Below are positions 39,101-48,720 of a DNA stretch of 64,000 nucleotides, one piece after another. The position numbers and the translations under genes were made by a program. Location of the stretch: contig JBHGNT010000014.1 of NCBI GenBank assembly GCA_043228905.1, positions 6,076,001 to 6,140,000 of the forward strand, read 5' to 3'. Each line of letters starts with the position of its first letter. Position 1 is the first letter of the stretch. Source of the stretch: Azolla caroliniana (taxonomy: Eukaryota > Plantae > Polypodiophyta). The notes beneath the pieces were generated by a model. The model searched no databases. It worked only from the letters and a program-made list of their open reading frames with translations, and was not told the origin of the DNA.

Positions 39101-40975
39101 TCAAGAAGAAGATATTCCAACCCTTAGTGATGACACAAATCTATCGGCCAAAGATGCACTTTCCGGATCGGATTCTATCAAATGGAGAAAAGCTATGGAA
39201 GAAGAAATGAAGGCTTTACTTAAAAATGGTACGTGGACCCTCGTTGAGCCTCCAAAAGATCGACAAATAATTGGTTCTAAATGGGTCTTACGCATAAAGT
39301 GAGATAGTAATGGAAATCCAATTCGCTTCAAGGCTCGTGTAGTTGCTCGAGGATTTTCGCAAGTACCAGGTATTAATTTTCAAGATACATTTAGTCCAAC
39401 GCTAAAAATATGTGGTTTTCGAATGCTCGTTGCTCTTGCTGCGCAACATGATCTAGAATTGCATCACTTGGATGTACAAACGGCTTTTCTTCAAGGAGAT
39501 TTAGATGAAGAACTTTATCTACAACAACCACAATTTTTTGAAGATCCAAGTCATCCGACACAAGTTTGTCGACTTCGTAAATCTATTTATGGCCTTAAGC
39601 AATCTCCACGCATATGGTATCACAAACTACACTCTTTTCTTATAAAAGTTGGATATCATCGTCTAAACAATGAGCCAAATATCTATGTTAGAAAAGCCAA
39701 ATCCAATTTTGTTATCATAGGTGTCTATGTTGATGATTTGCCTTTGATCTCTAACTCTAAATCTTATTTAGCTATTGCAAAGAAGGAACTTGCATATGTT
39801 TTTCCTATTACCGATTTAGGCCCTATGACCCATTTTCTAGGCATCAAAATATCTCAAAGTAGAACAAATCATACTATCTCATTATCACAATCAAATTATA
39901 TTAATTCTATCCTCCAAAAATTTGATATGCTCCATAGTAAGCCTATTAATACTCCTCTTACCTCTCCATGTAAACTATCAAATGATGATTCTCCCAAAAA
40001 TGAACGAGAAATTTCCGAAATGAAGGATGTACCCTATAAGCAAATCCTTGGGTGTATAAGATATCTAGTAAGTTGTACACGTCCCGATATTTGCTTTGCC
40101 GCCGGTTTTCTTTCTCGTTTCATGTCTAATCCAGGACCAAAGCATTGGATCACGCTCAAAAGATTACTACGATACTTGAAGCACACTCAACATTATGCGT
40201 TGACTTACTCCGCCACACAATCCGAGTCAACCACACTTATGCAAGGATGGACAAATCTCTCTAGCCAACTAATTGGTTGGTCAGACTCGGACTGGGGGGG
40301 AGATGTAGACGATCGCAAGTCAACAGGTGGATATGTTTACACACTAGCTGGTGGTGCAATTTCGTGGAAGTCAAAGAAACAAACTACCGTAGCATTGTCA
40401 TCCACCGAAGCTGAATATGTTACCGCGGCTTTAGCGGCTAAAGAAGGCATATGGATTAAAGCTATGCTCGATGAATTTAAGTTATTTACTATTCCACCAG
40501 TGACTTTATTTTGTGATAATCAATCTTGCATCAAGTTAGCCAACAATCCGAAGATGAGCGACAATATTCGTCATGTGGATTTGAAGCATCACTTTCTTCG
40601 TGATCTCATTGAAACGAAGAAGATAGAGTTAAAGTTTGCTCCCACTCATCAAATGTGGGCTAATTTTCTAACGAAGCCTCTTCAACATTCTAAGCACATT
40701 ATTTGTTGCAAGCAAGTTGGATTAATTGATGTAATCGAAGATAAATATGAAAACCAACACTTCTAGAAAATTTTGCTTAGGGGGGAGTGAGGAAAATAAT
40801 AAGCAAAATAAAATAAAATAAAATAAAATATATTAATATGTAGTTCTTATGAAATCGGTTTCCTTCATGAGAAGGAAACTGTAAGCCTATTGGTGGTGGT
40901 CTTATAAAGCCACCACCAACGTTGTATTCATTTAAGGGGCATTATAATAATAATAAAACGCTTTCTCTGTTTCCC

Positions 40976-41009
<34 letters not shown>

Positions 41010-41043
41010 TTCTTTCTATCTCTCTTTCTCTTCTTTCCCAACA
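35930..41043 (+). mobile_element. Young full-length Ty1/Copia element G
   Basis: LTRs 35930-36189 and 40788-41043 nearly identical, TSD GTTTT, PBS TGGTATCAGAGCC 36190, PPT AGGGGGGAG 40779-40787. Confidence 0.97.
36351..40766 (+). CDS. Copia G gag-pol polyprotein with one in-frame stop (39300-39302)
   Basis: CKICKRTNHATKDC, WYLDTGA, INT DDE region, YVDD and RNase H SDSDW. ORFs 36351-39302 and 39423-40766 are in the same frame. Confidence 0.93.
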
Positions 41044-41600
41044 GTTTTGAGCCACCATTAACACAGGAGACAGAGTGGACAACGCCTTGAAAGATATGGC
41101 AATCGAGATGAAGCAGTAGAATAGGCCGGAAGAAGTGATCGAGACCATCAAGTAGCTCTGCCATGGATGCTCAGACCATGCTCAAGAAAGCCTCGATAAT
41201 GTGTTTCTGGACTTGTATAAGAGGTATGGACGGTTGGATGATCATATCGCTCTATTGAAATCTCGGATGGGCATACATGTAACAATTGAGCTTTATAACG
41301 GCAGAAGCACAATAACAAGGTCTGCAACATTGGGATATGTCTGATGGAGCAAGGCAGGCTGAAGGAAGCGAAGGCCATGCTCAAGAGCATGAAGTCTGCT
41401 TGCGGCGACAGTCCATGGGGCTCAATTTCTCATTTGAAATCCTTTGATCGAGCTCAACAAATGTTGCAGGACATGGAGGCAGAGGAGAGATGGTTGTGTC
41501 TTCTTCTGTGTGCTTTAGTTGAGGTGTCAACGAAGCCATGGTCAATTCACGGATGTCTTCTGTTGAATCTGGAATGGAGAACAAGGAAATCCATGGGAAG

Positions 41601-41770
41601 AGATGGATCCTTGGGGACTTCGACATCGGAAAGCCCCTCAGCAGAAGGAAATAATGACATGTTTACTTGCAAGAGAGAAGAACAACAAGTGCGTGGTAGC
41701 GTGGAAGGTGTTGTTGAAGAAACAACTACAACACTCACAGGTGGAGCATCAGTTGAGAAGGGAGATAGTG
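41601..41770 (+). pseudogene. AUR: Captured Aurora kinase N-lobe fragment
   Basis: [54 protein letters not shown] matches Aurora [41 protein letters not shown]. Confidence 0.9.
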
Positions 41771-44700
41771 GAGCATATGAGGGTGTGAGGACATCTAGAT
41801 CTTAGGAGTGATCTGTTATGAATTCCTCTTTGGTACTCCACCATGCCAAGTAGTTCTTCTGACACAACCTGACGATCCTGTGGCATGGAATAACCTTGGG
41901 GAATGCAACATTATCAACAACATCCTCAATGATTGCAACACAAGGGGAAGTGATATCCTTGCCCTCGCTACCGCCGCAATCCACTAGAAGTGAAAGGCGA
42001 GAATATGAATGGAAGCAAGAAGAGAGGGGCATTCAAAAAACATAAGGGCAGAGAAGATGAAATTTCAAAAGCTGAAGGGCATGACATGAGATTTCAAAAT
42101 TTGGAGGGCAGAATGCAGAATTTCGAAAACGCAAGGGCCAAAAATAAAATTTCAAAAAATCTAAGGGTAAAAATTTTAAAGACCAAAGGGTAAAAAATAT
42201 AAAACTCACTTCACATGATGAAAGAAAGAATACACAAATGCACAACACGATTTCACGACCCATGCCACATTGAACTAACTGATTGGTGTATGATCCAATC
42301 GCGACTTGTGCTGACCGAACGAGAAGGTTCGAGTCAAGCAAAGCTCTGATTGATTATAGAGCAGTGATCCAGTCGAGGGATTTCTGACCGTTTACACGAC
42401 TGATGGAGTTCCGGTCGAGAAGAGTTGCCATGGCGAGTGGGTTCACCATGCAATGCACTGTCAGGCGTGCCATGTGTTAGCTGTAAGAATATATGGGGAG
42501 GCATAAGGGTATGTATAATGATGTGGTTGATGTGTATGTGTAAAGTAAATGAGTATGTGTATGGACACATGCACAATTATGTGCATGTGTACAAGAATGT
42601 GTAACGGTCTTATTTATAACGGTCATGTAACCGTCACATTGGATGTATTATGTAAACCCCCTATGGGGTATGTAATGAGATATATAGTTTTTTCCCCTCT
42701 CACATTGTGTCATTTTCAATTTGTCTTTCTCTCTAGCTCTCTCACTATCGTAACCCCCTTGGGAGGGGGGTGAAGCCATTCTAGGCTTCACCCCCGACCC
42801 CAACAACATTGAACGATGTGCGATGTATTGCGAAATGTACCAATGTAGCGAAATCTGCCAGTTAACGGAGCATGCGGCTATGCCAACGAATTTGGCCTAG
42901 GACGCAGCTAAGTGCCTTTGCGTTGCCCGGAGCCGGCGCCTCCACATTGGCTTTGATTTCCCAGGATCCACCGCAATACCATCTTTGCTCATTATGTGCC
43001 CGAGAAGGGCTCCGCTAGTGACTCTGAAAGCGCACTTGGTCAGATTGAGGATGAGACGTGCGACACGACATCCTTCTAAGCATAGTCATAGATGGCGTAA
43101 ATGATCCCCCCGCATTCCATAAACTACAAAGTCATAGAGGAAAACCTACATGAACACAGGGATGAAGTCGCCAAAAATCTCGGCGATGATGTGTTGGAAT
43201 GTTTGTTGGGCGGTCTTTAGTCCGAACATCATTACTACGACCACAAACACACCCCAGTCGGTTACAAAAGTGGTTTTCTCTTGATCATCTAGGTGGATAC
43301 GTATCTAGTTGTACCCGCTAAACCCATCTAGGAAATTGTACATTTCATGGCTTGCAACGGTGTCGAGTACGCTATCCGTAAACGGCAAAGGAATGCGTCT
43401 GTGATCGTAACGGTGTTCCACTTGCGGTAGTCTACGCAAACTCGAATTTTGTCATTTTTCTTTGGTATGACTACAATGGGGCTAAGACATATTGCTTGCT
43501 TCACTGGCCGAATAAACCCAATTTTCAAAATCTTATCGATTTCCTCCTTTACGCTTGCCGCGTAATTAGGATTCATGCGATAGCATCGTTGCTGAATTGG
43601 TTTTGCATCCGTGGCTAGATTAATTTTATGTTGGTAAAATTTAGGATCTAGTCCCTTCATATCATCTTGTGACCATGCGAACACATCTTTATATTCTTGT
43701 AGTAGGGCAGTCATTGCAATTTTTTCGGTAGATGTCAGGTCCTTTGCTATTAACATCGACCGTGATGCCTCGATTGTCCCTACATTGATTTCTTCAATAG
43801 TCGACGTTGTGACTCTTCGCGAGATCTCCATTTCTCACTCAAATTCCTCTCGTGCTTTGCTCAGCTCCAATAATGATTCAGGATCCGGTCCATGTTCCTC
43901 CCCGTTTGGTATAATCGCCGCTACATACTCATTAGCGGTCTCGAAGATATCTAGATTTCGAATAGTGGTACGATCTGCGGATTATGGTCTAGATATGCTT
44001 CGAGTTATGTATCATCCGTGGATTATCGTCCAGATATGCTTCGAGTTATGTATCATTCAACCCTTCTAGCATGTTAATTTCTTCCATGTATAGTGGCGTT
44101 ATCGCTTTTGTGGGTGAGGTGGTTTCCTGCGTTGGTGCCCGGACCTTCGCTCGGCCTCGCCGAAAGCTAATGTAGTTGTACTACTAGTTCTACTTGATAT
44201 TAGTTGAGCGTAACCATGGGCATCCTAACAAGATAGGATACGCCCCTGGAGCGTCAAGAGCCAAAACAACAGCGGCAATTTCGAAGGCATGGCTACCGAT
44301 TACGATCCTTAATTCTTGGACCAACCCCAATGGTCTAATGGAACGAGTATCCTCCATTCGGAGCCAAAATGGGCAAGCTTCCCATTCCGTAATGCCGAGG
44401 TGGTTACACGTGGCCTTACTAATCATGTTCACCCTAGAGCCGTTGTCGATAATACAACCCATGATTTGCTGCCCTTGAAGCACTGCCTTGATGGTTGGAT
44501 TATGATGATCAACCACGGTTGGGCCTCTGTTAGACTCCGTAAAATTCACCAGAATTTCTACTTTGCCTGTGCCCCGTATCCGAGTTTCCACAGTCTTGCG
44601 GAACCGAGGAACTAGATTTAATAATTTGTCCATTCTTAGCGTGATCTCACAATCGGCAAGTGCTTGCAATATTGGATCCGGCGCCAATGCCATTTCTTGG

Positions 44701-46834
44701 TCATAGGTGGTGGTGTGCCCGAATTCTTGTCGCATGCATTTCACATTGGCTTCATTTGTTGGACTTCCGTCGTGATTGTGTTTGTCGCTGCCCTTTTCCC
44801 TTATCACGGCTTGGGCATTGAGTCATGTAATGGCATGGCTGTTGACAAATAAAACAATGGATTCCAGACTCACCATTTTCAACAACTAGGGGTGCCATCA
44901 GCTCCACAGGTATCGTCTGTTCTTCCCGGGATTGCTCAAACCGCTTGTTATTACAGGGTTTCTAGAGAGATACTCATGACTATTATCTTGGCGTCGTTCT
45001 TCCTCCGAACTTTCGTTGTGGAGCCGCTGATTTTGCGATTGACGATTTCCTCCCTATGAACACAGCTCTGCCTAGCCACTGCGATTGTTGGTGAAACGGT
45101 GGTTATCGTAGCAACACCGTCCCCGACATTGTAACAGTCATTGCTCGGGTATTCCTCTTCTTCTTGCTCTTCGTCATCCGAATACGAATCATTGTCGCGG
45201 CGAATATGGTTCAACCGGCTCAAACGATGATTAGGCTATGTATTTTGGTAATGGTCCTCCCGTCGACCTTGCTCATTGTGGTGATTAGTCCGATGAGGCT
45301 CCATACGGCGAACTGACGGTGTGGGTCGATTTAACATGTTATATTTGCATTGATCCACCGTGTGCGCTCGTGAATTACAAATAGGGTAGTGGATTTGCAT
45401 GCAATCCACCACGGAATGCCCTGAGTGCAAGCAGATCATGCACTGAATGGCTTGCCAAAAATGCTACTCCTCGTCTCTGGGTAATGCTTGACGCAACGAT
45501 GTCATAGACATCCCATCGTCCTCCTCTTCTAACTCGAGCTGTAGGGCCCGTTCTATAACTGTGTCCGTCGTTCGACCTGTGAAATTTTGCATATTTAACG
45601 TTGTCCAGAAGGGTCGACGCAATGCCGCCAAAAATGTTTCTTTAGCTTCATCCTCTGTCGGAGCTCTTATTAGCTAGCGTCATAAGCTCTGAAACCGTAG
45701 TCTAAAATCAGCCACAGACTCTTGCGGTAGTTGTTTAATTGTATAGAATTTCCCGATTACCTCGCGTTGCAGAATGCTTCGGTGAGAGTAGCGTAAAAAC
45801 GATGATTAGAGTTGGTCGAATGAGACGAACGACGTAATGTTGAGTTGGGAATGCCAACGGGCAGCTCGCCCATCTAGGGTTAATCCAAACTTTGCGATTT
45901 TGGATGCCTGGGCTTTAACTTCCGAAAGTCGTTGCGACATATGGTTCACGTTCCAAACATTTAGGAAGGACCGAACAGGGCCCTCGGTGTCGGTATCTCC
46001 GCTGAGGCGAGGGTATGAGAGAGCCATTGCGGTCAATAGGCTAGTGCTTGGGTAAGTATTGCGGACACGATTAGGGAGGGTCTATGAAGTGGTGGTTTCA
46101 CTATACTGATCAAGTGGAGATAGGACCTCCTGCACAATGCCGCTTTGTTCGGTGAGCGTCGATTCTAGTGTATACTCTGAGAGATTCGGAAAGCAAATGT
46201 TGAGGTGTGGTTTTCGCGTAGCGCATGCTTCCACCTGGGTCTGCAGTCGATCCTGACAAATTGGTTCTCTGGTGCGTCGATGGCTAAACATCCATTCCCT
46301 GTTGTTCAGTTGTGAGAATCACAGATCACCGAGCGTGCAAAAAGTGGTACTAGTTAGGGTTAACACAGCCTACCCTCACTCCTTTGGGGTACGGCTCAAG
46401 AGGATTGTGGTACAAGGAATGGAGAGAGTAAAAGGCCTAGACGGGGTAACTGTGCCTAATGTTTATGTTGCGGAGTATAAGCGAGGGAAGGAGCATTATA
46501 GAGGAGATGGCTACAACCGAGCTCCTTTGCACTGTGCGTCACTCTTTACACAGACACGCTTATTTACCACACACACAAATGCATAAAATTAGAATAGACA
46601 CATAGATTCAGAAAGATAGCACGACTATATTCCGAAATCACCAAAATAACTACACTACTCTTTTACAAGGTTCCCATGCCCTTTATATACAAGGCGTGGA
46701 CGATTACTCTCAGTGTATGAACCGTTACATAACGTTTACACTTCCTAACGTTTCCATCATTACTATGCTATTATCCATTAGTCTGACTTCGTCCCTCATC
46801 TCGTATGCCACTAGTCTGACTCCGGCGAACAACA

Positions 46835-47326
46835 TATCCGAGTTTGTCTTTCTCACAAATTATGACGTTTCAAATCTCAATAAACTAGTATCAGAGCACC
46901 GGGGTGCAAAGATCGAAGGAGGTGTGACTGGCTTTCCAAGAATAATGGTTCGGAACTCTCAAAACTATGCAGACTGGAAGATCTCTTGATAGTCATAGAC
47001 CTGTATGAGCCCATCGATAGAGCAGAAATAACCATGAGGGTATTAGAGTCTGAATAGAAACTTCTGAACATAAAGGCGGTGGCCACCATCTGACAGTACG
47101 TCGATGTAAATGTCCTTCGGTATGTTGTGAACAACACAAATGCCAATGAGATGTGGTAAAAGCTGTAAAGTCTATATTAGAGGAAGAATGCCCTCAACAA
47201 AACATCTCTTTTGAGAAAGGTTGTGAGGTTGAAATACAAGGACGGAGAAAGCATAGTTGAGCACGTAAGCACATTCATGGGGTATGTGAATCAACTTGCG
47301 GCAGCCAAGTTTCCTGTTGATGATGT
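46835..47326 (+). mobile_element. Copia family B fragment (LTR end, PBS, gag start)
   Basis: Degenerate PBS TAGTATCAGAGC at ~46886. gag is similar to 17675-18192. Confidence 0.7.
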
Positions 47327-47969
47327 TGTTGGAAAGTCGGTCCCTCCGGATGGGATCCGGTTATGAATGAAGAGGACCCGGTGAGAACCGGAAACTGGAT
47401 CGGATGGACCCGGTGAAAACCAAAAGAGAAGACATATTTGTAAATATGTTTTGAGTAAGCCTTTTGAGGCTATATTTGTAAATAGCCCTAAGTTCATATA
47501 AGTATAAATATGACTTAAGGCAATCACTTTGATAGGCGTTGTTGTCATATTGTTATATGTGCATAACTGCTATATAGAGAGAGATACAGAGCGATACTCT
47601 ATTGTAACCGCCGGCTGGCGAATATAAAGAGCTCGAGGTCGTTGCGTCTGAGTCTATGGGCTCCCGTGGTTTATTCCCCAGTAGGGTTTTCCACATAAAC
47701 ATCCTTTGTATCCTCTATTGTTGTTTGTGTGTGTATGTACATTCACTCCATACTTCCCATTTCTGTGTTTGATTCTCATCGAAGTAATTCAAGACTTGGT
47801 TGTGTCCGAGCAATATTCCGCGCTATTCTCTTCAATCTGGTATCAGAGCAAATAACACAGGAAATAGAAAAATCATTCGGTGGTATGTTCAAGCTCACCG
47901 GCTCCAACTACTCAATGTGGAAGTCAAAGATGAGGGATATGCTGGTGGTTAAAGATCTTTGGTTGCCGG
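47327..47969 (+). mobile_element. Copia family A copy 3 (5' LTR, PBS, gag start)
   Basis: LTR 47327-47834, PBS 47838-47849, gag GGMFKLTGSNYSMWKSKMRDML interrupted after CCGG. Confidence 0.85.
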
Positions 47970-48720
47970 AGTCGTGAAGATTCGTCACTACGTGCGGATC
48001 GTGAGACGGAACCACCGGGGTTCTGGACCAGCAGATTCGAAGTTTGTGTTAGCCGGCCGGCAAGGGAAGTCCAGAATTGGAAAAGGGGGATAATTAATAA
48101 CCGGGATCTGATTAGTTATAATGTTACAATATAGAATTATTATGATTTTATTATTATGATTTTGAGAAGCGAACGGATGGACCTAGAATCGATATGTTGA
48201 TCCGTATCCAGACCGGTTTGTAGATGGTTGCTAGTTGGAACCGGTTTGTACCTAAAGCCGGAGAACTATAAAAGGACCTATAATTAATAGTGTTGTTGTT
48301 CTGTATCTTAATCATTGTTAATTACCATTTTGTGTTAAGTGTAATTTATCCTACGCGTGTATTGTGACTAAGGATATTGCCGCTAGTAAACAATTAGGGT
48401 GCCTTTAATAGTCGGTCTAACTCTATCTCACCGCAACACCCTTTGGTGAAGTGTCTGAAAGGGACACGCTGTGTTAGGCCATTGTCCGGCCCTAGCGATA
48501 ACACAGTTTTTGGCGACCACGATTCTTGCACAAACGCAGTGAACAACGACAGACATGGATGACTAGACCAACAAACGACCCGGTTACGGAGCGAGCAAGA
48601 AGACTTGCCGAACGATTGCGAAAGCAAGAGGCTTTCCAACAGATGGCAGAAGAGATCCATGCAGATCGGTCATTTTCGAAAGTAATCCGGCGAGTGACCG
48701 CAGAGTCACTCCGCGGACGA
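47970..48720. mobile_element. Truncated LTR related to the CCGG-targeting Gypsy family
   Basis: (A)GTCGTGAAGATTCGTCACTA..GGAACCACCGGGGTTCTGGACC matches 8562 and 14974, and is preceded by CCGG. The right end is unclear. Confidence 0.7.

Larger units (their letters stand above)
35731..41490 (+). pseudogene. Captured intronless SDI1/MS5 (POLLENLESS3)-family TPR gene copy, split by Copia G (parts 35731-35929 and 41049-41490)
   Basis: SFHVIHKALVGDIPYVKAKHVQLIDKDPNQAITLF|*ATINTGDRVDNALKDMAIEMKQ*NRPEE..QESLDNVFLDLYK..LGWAYM..NNKVCNIGICLMEQGR..SHLKSFDRAQQML, with stops and two internal deletions. Confidence 0.9.
34727..42808 (+). mobile_element. Non-autonomous LTR element 2 carrying host gene fragments, with a nested Copia
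   Basis: 334-bp LTRs 34727-35060 and 42475-42808, TSD TAGAA/TTGAA, CTTT plus PBS TGGCACGCCCGAACGGAC 35065-35082. Same LTR family as element 1. Confidence 0.92.
26971..46834 (-). mobile_element. Large non-chromovirus (Athila/Tat-related) Gypsy element C, degenerate, with integrase deleted; host of three direct insertions, one carrying a nested Copia
   Basis: 5' LTR 46834-46345, then CTTT and PBS TTGCACGCTCGGTG. gag ~46036, PR (IIDNGS..ILLGCPW) 44807-44190, RT 43831-42809, RH 34726-34110. 3' LTR remnant 27040-26971 matches 46834-46764. Confidence 0.8.

Noticed and set aside
39300-39302. Programmed stop-codon readthrough in Copia G
   Set aside because: The stop falls at the start of RT in a K-R-D context and is best explained as CGA>TGA deamination.
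35665-41805. Functional host TPR gene with a large intron
   Set aside because: The interruption is a Copia element with a TSD, and the coding sequence has stops and deletions and lies inside a non-autonomous LTR element.
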